64,000 bases of DNA, taken from NCBI GenBank assembly GCA_963752285.1, contig CAVVXN010000001.1:448001-512000 (forward strand). The letters are read 5' to 3'. The notes under the pieces are model-generated. The model saw nothing but the letters and a program-made list of their open reading frames with translations. It searched no databases and was not told where the DNA came from. The position numbers and the translations under genes were made by a program. Positions 36,704 to 46,604 of the stretch are shown piece after piece. Positions within the stretch are counted from its first letter, which is position 1. Every line of letters begins with the position of its first letter. The DNA is from an uncultured Planctomycetota bacterium. Its GTDB lineage: Bacteria; Planctomycetota; PLA2; JAEUHO01.

Positions 36704-37864
36704 TCAGTCGGCGGACGGAGCGTCCAGGTCCGCGACGAGACGGCGGAGCTTCGTGAGGACGGCGGCCGGTCCCTCGAGGACCACGGCGTGCCCCGCCTCG
36801 TCCGCCACCACGGCGGCCGCAACGCCGTCGCGCGTCCAGGCCTCGGGCGACGCCGCGATGACCCGAGCCACGACATTCTCCACGTCCCGGGCGAGGGCGT
36901 GCTCGAGTCGCACGACCTCGACCGCGGAGGGCGGCGCCTCTTCCTTCTTCGCGGGCGCCTCGGGCAGCGCCACGTCGAGGAGGCGGATCGCCGCCCCGAC
37001 AGCCTCGACGTCCGCGGGCGAACCGCGCGCGAGGATGCGGTTCCCGCGCGGGAGAGCGTGGACGTGGAGCCTCGGGCCGCCCTCGGCGTCGGTCGCCGGG
37101 ACGTTCGGCGCGGGGTCGTTCGCGTCGAGCTGGAGGCGGAGGAGCGGCGCCACCTCGGCGGCGTCGGCGTGCGAGAGGGGGAACACGCGTTGCACGGCCG
37201 CGCGCTTCGCGAGTCTCGTGTCGAACTCCCGGACCAGCCGCCAGACCTGGACGACCGTCGGGGCGAAGTCGGTCACGACGAGCGCGCCCGACTCGGGAAG
37301 CTCGGTGACGGACCCGATGTTCATCCCGGTGACGAGCTTCGAGACCGCCGTGCGGAGCTCCCGGAGCGACGAGGCGTGCTCCACCGGCAGGGTCGCGGTC
37401 ACGAAGACGCCGTCCTCGGAGGCGAGGTCGTCGGCGTTCTGCTCGGTGATGTCCACGCGGATCGGCCGCAGGTGGAGGATCGCGGCCGACTGCCGGACGT
37501 CCAGGACGATCCACGTGGGATCCTCGCGCGGCCCGACCTCGACGACCGCGAGCTCGTAGAACGTGAGCAGCGATCGCGCCCACGAGAAGAGGTGGTCGGG
37601 CGTCCCGCGGCAGAAGAGCGGGCCCGACATCTTCTTCCCCTGGATCTGCCGCGACTGCGGGTCCCACACGAGACGACGCGACGTGGCCTCCGCGACGACG
37701 CGCAGGAAGGCGCCCGTGTCCATGTCCTCGGTGGTCGAGATCTCGACCTGGGGCGCGGCGCCGGGCTCCCCCGCGGGCGCGGTCCTCGAAAGGGCGAGCA
37801 GCAGCGCGCTCGCCCCGAGGACCCCGAACAGGACTCCGACGCACGGCTTCGACCTCGGCTCCAT
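36704..37864 (-). CDS. Secretin N-terminal-domain-only protein (GspD-like N0-N3, no secretin barrel)
   Basis: Three KH-like repeats (ALVVTDFAPTV..LVREFD; PLSHADA..NRILARGS..IRLLD; RLEHALA..AVVLEG..VADLD), then a stop. Confidence 0.7.
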   Translation of the reverse strand: MEPRSKPCVGVLFGVLGASALLLALSRTAPAGEPGAAPQVEISTTEDMDTGAFLRVVAEATSRRLVWDPQSRQIQGKKMSGPLFCRGTPDHLFSWARSLLTFYELAVVEVGPREDPTWIVLDVRQSAAILHLRPIRVDITEQNADDLASEDGVFVTATLPVEHASSLRELRTAVSKLVTGMNIGSVTELPESGALVVTDFAPTVVQVWRLVREFDTRLAKRAAVQRVFPLSHADAAEVAPLLRLQLDANDPAPNVPATDAEGGPRLHVHALPRGNRILARGSPADVEAVGAAIRLLDVALPEAPAKKEEAPPSAVEVVRLEHALARDVENVVARVIAASPEAWTRDGVAAAVVADEAGHAVVLEGPAAVLTKLRRLVADLDAPSAD

Positions 37865-37955
37865 CGCCGTCTCCCTTTGGCCCCCCGCGTCGCCGCTCGG
37901 GCGCCCCCCCTTGGACGCCCGTCTCGCGCGCGGCTTCCCCGGCGCGCGGTCCGGG

Positions 37956-38816
37956 CTACGCAGATTGGAGCACGGCGCGGCCGTCGGCCCGAACGACGTC
38001 GAGACGCGACTCCGCGACGAGCCGACCGTCGAGGCGGGCCTGGACGCGCCAGCGGCCCGGGGTCCGCTCGAGGAGGGCTCGCGTCTCGTCCCGCACCGCG
38101 ACCCGGGCGGCGTCCTGGGCGAGGTCCCGGACGGGGGTCAGGCGCACGCTCCGGCTCCGCGCGGCGTGGGAGAAGACCACCAGGAGCGTCGGGCCCGGTC
38201 GCGGCGGGCGGCGCGCCCCGGCCGGCGCGGCGAGGAACACGTCCACCGACACCGGACCGCGCCCGGGCTCGAGTCGGGCGAGACCGTCGGCCGGGGCGCG
38301 TCCGGCGACGCGCACCTCGATCCGGCCCCGGACGCCGTCCAGCCAGGCGGCGAGGCGCCTCCGCCGCGCCCGGGCGCGAACGACGCCGACACCCAGTCCG
38401 AGGAGTCCGAGCAGCCCGCCCGCGAGGAGGACGCGCGCCAGGCCGCGCCCGCGGTCGAGGAGGGCGAGGTCCACGGCGTGGTCGGCGGTCGCGGCGCGCG
38501 CGGCGTCCCCGGGCGCGAGCCGGGCGGCGGCCTCGAGCTCCGAGAGGGCGCCCTCGACGTCACCGGCTGCGAGAAAGGCGCGTCCCGCGCGGTCCATCGC
38601 CTCGGCGGTGGGCTCGCGCTCGGCGGCCGCCCCGAGCCGCCGGGCGCGGACGAGGGAGGTCTCCTCGGGGCGGAGGCCGTCGCCGGACCGCGCGAGCGTC
38701 CAGCCGGCGGTCGTCTCCGCCCCGAGCAGGGTGGCCTCGACGTATCCCCCCCCGGCCACGCCGGCGAGCGCGAGGCCGAGGAGGAGGGGCTTCGTGCGAA
38801 GGGGAGATCGTCGCAC
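37956..38816 (-). CDS. Hypothetical membrane protein with a TPR-like helical segment
   Basis: N-terminal hydrophobic segment, GRAFLAAGDVEGALSELEAAARLAP, central TM. Confidence 0.55.
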   Translation of the reverse strand: MRRSPLRTKPLLLGLALAGVAGGGYVEATLLGAETTAGWTLARSGDGLRPEETSLVRARRLGAAAEREPTAEAMDRAGRAFLAAGDVEGALSELEAAARLAPGDAARAATADHAVDLALLDRGRGLARVLLAGGLLGLLGLGVGVVRARARRRRLAAWLDGVRGRIEVRVAGRAPADGLARLEPGRGPVSVDVFLAAPAGARRPPRPGPTLLVVFSHAARSRSVRLTPVRDLAQDAARVAVRDETRALLERTPGRWRVQARLDGRLVAESRLDVVRADGRAVLQSA

Positions 38817-38916
38817 CGTCGGGTCCTTCCCGCGCGTCGTGCGCGAACACGTCCTTCCGCGCGTCCCCCGCGGGCCGTCTTGGCCCGCGCGGGCGCGCGG
38901 CGGGGGGAGAGGAGGG

Positions 38917-39708
38917 TCAGCGCGACGCGGGCGCGGTGCCGAGCGCCTCGTCCAGCGCCTCGCGCGCGTCCGTCGGCGTGGTCAGGTCGAGGTCGGCGGC
39001 GCCCGCCCGGACGGGCAGGCGGGAGACCTCGTAGTACGAGAGCAGCTTGTTCTTCTCGCGCACCTCGGTGCGGACCCTGGCGAGGCGTTCCTGCGCGGCG
39101 GCGAAGCCACTCGACGAGACGCCCGTGTCGCCGACCGCCTCGCGCGTGTGCGCGGCGGCCGTGCGGGCGTCGAGCGACTCGATCTCGGCCGCGAGCACCT
39201 GGACCTCCTGGGCGAGGCGCGCCTGCTCGGTCCGCGCCTCCTCGATGGAGGCGAGCGTGGCCGCGTGCTCCTGCTTCAGGCGATCGAGGTCGGCGCGGCG
39301 CCGTTCGAGGAGCTCGGTCTCTGCCTTGAACGCCCACGCGCGACGGACGGCCTCCTGCTCCTCGGGCCGCGGCGCGGTCGAGGTCGGGACGACCTCGAGG
39401 TCGCGGCGGAGGGAGGTGAGCTCGGTCCGTTCGCGGCCCACGCGGCGCTCGAGGGTCTTCACCTCTCGCTCGGTCTGGGCGACGCTCTCGCCGAGGTTCT
39501 CGGCCGCGACCTCGCCCTTGATCACGCTCTCGGCGTACGAGTCCACGAGGGCGCGCGCCTCGGCGAGCTGCTGCTTCAAGGGCACGTTGGCGGTCAGGTG
39601 CTCGCGGATCTCGCGGCGGGCCTCGCCGATGGCGCCCTTCACGACGTCGACGCCGACGAAGGCCACGAGGGCCGCGCCCGCGACGACAAGGAGGAGGATC
39701 TTCTTCAT
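38917..39708 (-). CDS. N-terminally anchored coiled-coil protein (PspA/IM30-like)
   Basis: MKKILLL hydrophobic N-terminus, long heptad-rich region; AGGAG SD overlapping the kinase stop. Confidence 0.65.
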   Translation of the reverse strand: MKKILLLVVAGAALVAFVGVDVVKGAIGEARREIREHLTANVPLKQQLAEARALVDSYAESVIKGEVAAENLGESVAQTEREVKTLERRVGRERTELTSLRRDLEVVPTSTAPRPEEQEAVRRAWAFKAETELLERRRADLDRLKQEHAATLASIEEARTEQARLAQEVQVLAAEIESLDARTAAAHTREAVGDTGVSSSGFAAAQERLARVRTEVREKNKLLSYYEVSRLPVRAGAADLDLTTPTDAREALDEALGTAPASR

Positions 39709-39719
39709 CGGAACGACTC

Positions 39720-41615
39720 CTAGCGGGGGAGGAACGGGGGAGGGGAAGGGGGGAACCCGAACGCGCTGCGGGGGAGCTCCGGGCGGGCTTCCACCGGAAC
39801 CGGGTGGCGGGGCGCGCGCGTCAGGTGCCGCACGGTGTAGAGGCCCGAGAGGAACCAGGTCGAGAGGAGCACCACCACGAACACGACGAAGGCGATGCCG
39901 ACGCCGCGCCTCCGGCGACGGCGGTAGAACGTCGCGACGAGCACCGCCGTGGCGACCGCGAGGGCCACGAGGCTCAACCGAACGGCGTGCTGGCGTGCCG
40001 GCTCCATGCTCGCCCAGAACGTCCCCAGGTTCTCGGCGACGGGCTGGGGGCCGAGCATCAGGAAGCCCGCGTAGAGCGCCCACAGGAGCGACGCGAGGAG
40101 GAGGACGTGCAGCCAGAACGGCGCGGCGCGCCGCCCCGCCCGCGCCTCGACCCGCACGACCGGCGACGCGACGACGGGCCGGGGCCCCTCGAGCGCGCGG
40201 CGCCCCACCTGGAACGCGCGGCGGGCGCGGTCGGAGGTGAACACGACGAGGCCGTACACGCCGAGCGCCGTTCCGAACGGCGGGAGGAAGAGCAGGAGGA
40301 CGCTCGTCGTGATCTGCCCTTCGCGCGCGCCCTGTGACATGCGCGAGAGCCGGCCGCCCTGACGCAGTAGAAGGATGGCGGCGATGAGCGCGAGCACGCC
40401 CCCGACGCGCGGCCACATCGGGAAGACGCCCTCGAGCACGGAACGTCCGAGGACGCCCACGAACGCGAGGAGGAACAAGACGCCGAACACGCGGTCGAGC
40501 GCGGCGGTCAGGTCCACGTGGCGCAGGATCGAGCGGAGCGCGTCGAGGCTCTCCTCGCCGAGCACGACCGGTTCGGGGGGCGCCGATCGCGCGCGCGGCG
40601 GCGCGGACCGCGACGTGCGGCGGCGGGCCCACGCCTCGTCGATGGCGTCGCCGAACGACGACGCGGAGGCGAAGCGGCGCGCGCGCTCCGGCGCGAGCGC
40701 GCGGTTCACCACGGGATCGAGCACCTCGGGCACGTCGGGACGGACCCGGCTCGGCGGCTCGAAGCGCCCGAGCGGCAGCACGCCCGTGAGCATCTCGTAG
40801 AGCAGCACCCCGAGCGCGTACACGTCGGCGCGCCCGTCGAGGTCCCGTTCGCCGCGGCGCTGCTCGGGCGCCATGTACTCGTACGTGCCGAGGATCACGT
40901 CGGTCCTCGTGAGGAGCGTCGTGGCTTCGGGCCCGCCGTTCGTGGCGAGGCGCGACAGGCCGAAGTCCACCAGGTGGACGCGGCCGTCGTCGTCGAGGAG
41001 CACGTTCTCGGGCTTCAGGTCGCGGTGCACGACGCCTCGCGCGTGCGCGTAGGCGAGCGCGCGGGCGATCTCGCCGGCGATGCGCACGGCCTCGGCGGGC
41101 GGCAGCGGGCCCTGGTGGATGCGGCGGCGCAGGTTCTCGCCGCGCACGTACTCCATCGCGAACCAGAGCCGGCCGTCCTGCTCGCCACGGTCGAGCACCT
41201 CGACGACGTGCGGATGCGAGAGGCTCGCCAGGACGCGCGCCTCCCGGTGGAACCGACGGACGAACGCCGGGTCCGCGGCCAGCTCGCCCGAGAGGATCTT
41301 CACGGCCACCCGACGACGGCCCGGGGCGTCGGTCGCCTCGTACACGCGGCCCATTCCGCCCTCGCCGATCTTGCGGACGAGGCGCCACGGCCCGAGCGAC
41401 GTGCCCACGAGCGGATCGACCTCGGGGGCGCCCGCGCGGGGGTGCCCGTCGTGGACCGTCGCGCGGTGCACGGCGGAGAAGGCGGTCCCGCAGGCGGGAC
41501 ACGCGACGGCCGCGCCGTCCTCGGGGACGGGGACCGGCTCGCCGCACTCCGGACAGTGGGTGGTCCACGTGTCGATGGCGCCCCCCTTCGAGAATGCGAT
41601 GCCCGCCGGGTCCAT
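39720..41615 (-). CDS. Membrane Ser/Thr (Hanks) kinase with an N-terminal zinc ribbon; start ATG 41615 or ATC 41576
   Basis: CPEC..CPAC, IGEGGMG, VAVK, HRDLKPEN, DFG, YMAPEQ; several C-terminal TM helices. Confidence 0.92.
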   Translation of the reverse strand: MDPAGIAFSKGGAIDTWTTHCPECGEPVPVPEDGAAVACPACGTAFSAVHRATVHDGHPRAGAPEVDPLVGTSLGPWRLVRKIGEGGMGRVYEATDAPGRRRVAVKILSGELAADPAFVRRFHREARVLASLSHPHVVEVLDRGEQDGRLWFAMEYVRGENLRRRIHQGPLPPAEAVRIAGEIARALAYAHARGVVHRDLKPENVLLDDDGRVHLVDFGLSRLATNGGPEATTLLTRTDVILGTYEYMAPEQRRGERDLDGRADVYALGVLLYEMLTGVLPLGRFEPPSRVRPDVPEVLDPVVNRALAPERARRFASASSFGDAIDEAWARRRTSRSAPPRARSAPPEPVVLGEESLDALRSILRHVDLTAALDRVFGVLFLLAFVGVLGRSVLEGVFPMWPRVGGVLALIAAILLLRQGGRLSRMSQGAREGQITTSVLLLFLPPFGTALGVYGLVVFTSDRARRAFQVGRRALEGPRPVVASPVVRVEARAGRRAAPFWLHVLLLASLLWALYAGFLMLGPQPVAENLGTFWASMEPARQHAVRLSLVALAVATAVLVATFYRRRRRRGVGIAFVVFVVVLLSTWFLSGLYTVRHLTRAPRHPVPVEARPELPRSAFGFPPSPPPFLPR

Positions 41616-41626
41616 GTCGAGCACGG

Positions 41627-41642
41627 TTCAAGGCCCGTGCCG
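41627..41642 (-). promoter_or_regulatory. sigma54 (-24/-12) promoter candidate for the kinase operon
   Basis: Minus strand CGGCACGGGCCTTGAA (GGCAC-N5-TTGA; the -12 C is replaced by A); adjacent to a bEBP gene. Confidence 0.6.
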
Positions 41643-41740
41643 ATCGACGGGCGCCAGCCCGTGCCCGCCGAAACTCGTGGCGCAGGGAGAGGTTACGGCG
41701 AGTGGGCGCTCGGAGGCCCCGACCGGACCCGTCCCCGTCG

Positions 41741-41781
41741 TCGAACGAAACGTGTGGCCTCCGACTGGACGTTTCGTTCGA
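41741..41781. promoter_or_regulatory. 13-bp perfect inverted repeat; candidate upstream activator (enhancer) site
   Basis: TCGAACGAAACGT-N15-ACGTTTCGTTCGA, about 100-140 bp upstream of the -24 box, no U-tract. Confidence 0.6.
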
Positions 41782-41859
41782 TCGAGAGCCCCGGCCGACC
41801 CGCCTCGAATCGCGCGCGGCCGCCGCCCGCTACCCGCCGCCCGGGGCGCGCGCCCCGTC

Positions 41860-43731
<1,872 letters not shown>

Positions 43732-43847
43732 GCCGTGGAAGGTAACCTCCGGACGCCGACCTCGGCCCCGGGTCCGGGACCCGCGCCGCGGGCGGGGCGG
43801 ATCCGCTTGAGCCGGGCCCGTCCGCTGGTCGATGGGGGGGAGTCGTC

Positions 43848-44243
43848 ATGACCTCGTCAGGCCGCCGTCTCTCGCAGCGAAACCGCCTCGAGCGTCCCGT
43901 CGAGGCCACGCTCGGCCTTTGCACCGAGGGCCGCGTCTTCGGCTGGATCGTGGACGAGCAGGACGACGGCATCGGGATGGTCTTCGGCGGCGCGGACGTC
44001 TCCCGGATGGTCGCGCACCGCGACTGCTGCCTCCGGGCCGAGATCGACCTCTGGCTCGTGGACGACCCGACGCTCGACCCCACCCGGCCGATCCCGATGC
44101 GGCTCGCGCACGTGACGCCCTCGGACGACGAGAAGACCTGCCGGGCGGGTCTCGCATTCGACGTCGGCCGCATGCAGCCGCAGGACATCGTCCACCTGCT
44201 GGGCATCTGGCGCCGCCTCGTTCCGGCCACCGAGCGCGCCTGA
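43848..44243 (+). CDS. PilZ-like small protein (degenerate c-di-GMP motifs)
   Basis: RRLSQR, IVDEQDDGIG, RAGLAF. Confidence 0.5.
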   Translation: MTSSGRRLSQRNRLERPVEATLGLCTEGRVFGWIVDEQDDGIGMVFGGADVSRMVAHRDCCLRAEIDLWLVDDPTLDPTRPIPMRLAHVTPSDDEKTCRAGLAFDVGRMQPQDIVHLLGIWRRLVPATERA

Positions 44244-44271
44244 GTCCCGCGCGAAGCGGGCGGGCCTCCGG

Positions 44272-44631
44272 TTACGTCGGGACGGGCGTCCAGCCCTCCG
44301 ATACGAGGCGTCCGAGGACCTCCGGGTCCTCCCGGCGCGCGCCCGCGCGGAGCGCCCCTTTGTCGAATCCCCGCTGGTCCAGGCAGCGGCCCGCGCAGTA
44401 GATCCCTCCGCCCCGCTCCGCGATCCGGTCGAGGTGCTCCCACGGCGTCCCGGGCCCGGGCTCGCGGAGGGTCTCCGCCACGCCGCGCACGCCGAGGCGC
44501 ACGCCCTCCGAGTGGAGCCAGAGCGCGACCTCGTGTCCCGCGTCCGCGGCGCGCGCCGCCGCGTGGAGCGCCGACGCCGCGCGGTCCGGGTCGTCGGTCG
44601 AATGGGCGAGGACGTAGAGGAGCCGGCTCAC
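44272..44631 (-). CDS. DsrE/DsrF family protein
   Basis: HSTDDPDRA, LWLHSEGVRL, IYCAGRCL..RG. Confidence 0.8.
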   Translation of the reverse strand: MSRLLYVLAHSTDDPDRAASALHAAARAADAGHEVALWLHSEGVRLGVRGVAETLREPGPGTPWEHLDRIAERGGGIYCAGRCLDQRGFDKGALRAGARREDPEVLGRLVSEGWTPVPT

Positions 44632-44689
44632 GCGGGGCGGAGGATACCCGTCGGGCTGCCCGGCGGGAATCGGGGAAGCAGCCCCCATA

Positions 44690-44728
44690 CGAAGACGGCG
44701 ACCCGCCCCGTAGAGGAGCGGGTCGCCG
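44690..44728 (-). terminator. Intrinsic terminator candidate after the putative selenoprotein gene
   Basis: CGGCGACCCGC / GCGGGTCGCCG 11-bp stem (44696-44706 with 44718-44728), followed by TCTTCGTAT on the minus strand. Confidence 0.6.
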
Positions 44729-44779
44729 CAGGTATCGAGACTTCGAAGAGGAGCCCGGGTGCGTCCCGGGCGTCGCGGA

Positions 44780-45520
44780 TCAGGCGGCCTCGACCTCCAT
44801 CTGGAAGAGGTCCTTCTGCTCGCCTTCGGCCTTCTTCTGGCGCGCGTCGAGGTCTTCCTTCTCCTTGGCGATCTTCTTCGCCTCGGAGTCGTTCACCCCA
44901 CGCTGCTCCTTGTCCGAGAGGATCTGGCGCTCCTTCGCGATCTTGTCGAACTCGTTCAGCACCTTCCGCAGCGCGCCCACGTTGCGGTCGAGGTTGCCCT
45001 TGTACGACTTCTTCGCGCACTTCTGCATCGCCGACCAGATCTTCGATCCGCTGACCTTCTTGCCGTCGATGACCTCGACGACGTCGTAGTCCACGTCGAT
45101 GAAGACCATGCGCGGCGCGTCGTCACCGGTGTCGGCGAGGAGCTTGTCCTTCGCGGCCAGCTCGGGCGACACCTTGACGCAGCGGAAGAACTTCGAGCCG
45201 ATCCGGACCTTGTCCGGGTCCAGCGCGATCTTGTCGATCTTCGCCATCGCGTCCGCGTCGCCGTCCGCAACGACGTACACCCACATCGGGCGATCGAGCC
45301 GCTCCTTCGCCTCGGGACGGGCCGCGACGGGCGTCGCGGTCGAGTCGTCCGACGGCGTGACCTCGGCGTTGTTCGGTGCGATGTGCTGAGCGCTCTCCCA
45401 CTGGATCGTGAGGACGGCCATACTGGCCGCCGAACGACCTCAGCACCCTCCGATCGCGGTCTGCTGGACGCCCAGCAGCGCCACGGCGGACACCGCCGCC
45501 AGCATGAAGACCTTGCGCAT
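44780..45520 (-). CDS. Probable secreted selenoprotein (Cys26-Sec27) with a thioredoxin-like domain and C-terminal coiled coil; in-frame UGA at 45442-45440
   Basis: AGGAG SD + ATG 45520, signal peptide, GGC*GRSAASMAVLT continuing in frame into ORF 44780..45421; hairpin right after the UGA. Confidence 0.7.
45409..45442 (-). promoter_or_regulatory. Bacterial SECIS-like hairpin
   Basis: UGAGG-ucguuc-GGCGGCCA-gua-UGGCCGUC-CUCA; upper stem with a G in the apical loop, and UGAGG can pair with CCUCA. Confidence 0.6.
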
Positions 45521-45689
45521 CCGTCGCTCCTCTCTTCCTCGACGAAACCTGCCCGGGGGCGGACACCTGGACCGACCCGGGTCTTCCATGAGCATAGCCG
45601 ATCCGACCCCCGGATGCGAACCGGCGACACCGATCAAAACGACGTGCACGGCCGCCGTGTTTCACCCCAGGGCCCCGATCTCGTCGATT

Positions 45690-45970
45690 CTAGGGTCGAA
45701 AGACCCGGCTCGACGCCCCGCTCGGGGGTGGCGGGAAAGGGGACGGCCGGGCGGGCAGCGGGAGGGTGAGAGGGAGGAGGCAGGGACACCACGTCCTGCC
45801 GGCATCCGCCCGACCGTCCAAGGAGGTCGAGGGGACCGAGCCCGGGGCGCGGGGGGCGCGACAGGGAGGGAGGGGAGGGAGGGAGGAGAGACGCCGCGCC
45901 TCTCTCACCACGACACCCGGGACTCGGCTCCTCGGAAATCGAAAAGATCCCGCGGGCACGGGCCCGCTCG
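45690..45970 (-). ncRNA. Candidate sigma54-dependent sRNA or long leader with hairpin + CCUCC-rich modules
   Basis: No credible ORF; hairpins GAGAGGCG/CGTCTCTC and GGCAGGAC/GTCCCTGCC, each followed by CU-rich tracts; GGGTC/GACCC hairpin at 45693-45706. Confidence 0.35.
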
Positions 45971-45980
45971 GTGAGGACCT

Positions 45981-45997
45981 CGCACTCGGCGTGCCAA
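45981..45997 (-). promoter_or_regulatory. sigma54 (-24/-12) promoter candidate
   Basis: TTGGCACGCCGAGTGCG: GG-N10-GC with TGGCAC. Confidence 0.6.
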
Positions 45998-46241
45998 AGA
46001 ACGTGGACCGCGCGGGGCCCATTTTCCGGAGGGAGCCGCGGCGGGCGTCCGCGCGGTTCTCCGTCCCGACACGCCGATGTGGCCGGCCCCGCACGGTGTA
46101 CCGGGAAGGCGCGCTCCCGGAACACCTCGGCGCCGGGGGCGTCGACCCTCGAGGGCTGCGCCGTCGGATGCCGGCGGCCCGTGCCGGTCGCGCGTCGGAC
46201 GGCCGGCAATTCCCGCAGGTCGAGGGAGTAGGATCGGGGCG

Positions 46242-46463
46242 ATGACGTGAACGCCGCTCTCCGGGCGGAAGTTGTTCGCCCTCCTCCTCCTGACCGCCGT
46301 CGGCGCGGCCGTCTACGGCGTTCCCGGCGCGCTGGCGGGCTACGTGGCCGGGTCCCTCCTCGGCGCGTTCCTCCCGAGCCGCGAGGCCGGCGCTTGCGAC
46401 GTCGGCGCGCGTCCGGCGCCGCGAGCCCTCCTCGGGCCGCCCCCCCGTTCCGACGAGGGCTGA
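46242..46463 (+). CDS. Small two-TM membrane protein; possibly begins M-T-Sec (UGA at 46248), otherwise TTG start at 46272
   Basis: GC3-rich hydrophobic ORF; ATG ACG TGA in frame with AGGA upstream; C-terminal GACD. Confidence 0.45.
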
Positions 46464-46604
46464 GCGCTCCGCTCCGTTGGCTCGCCGGTCCGCGCGGGGG
46501 ACGGCGACCGGGCCGTTCGGCCCGATCGCCAACTCGTACAATCCGCTCGCTCCGCGCGGCGCCGTGCCCGGTCGCACGTTCGGCCGCACGCGGGGGGAGG
46601 CTCC

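Noticed and set aside
36704..37864. Type II secretion / type IV pilus locus
   Set aside because: No secretin barrel, ATPase, pilins or platform genes in the window
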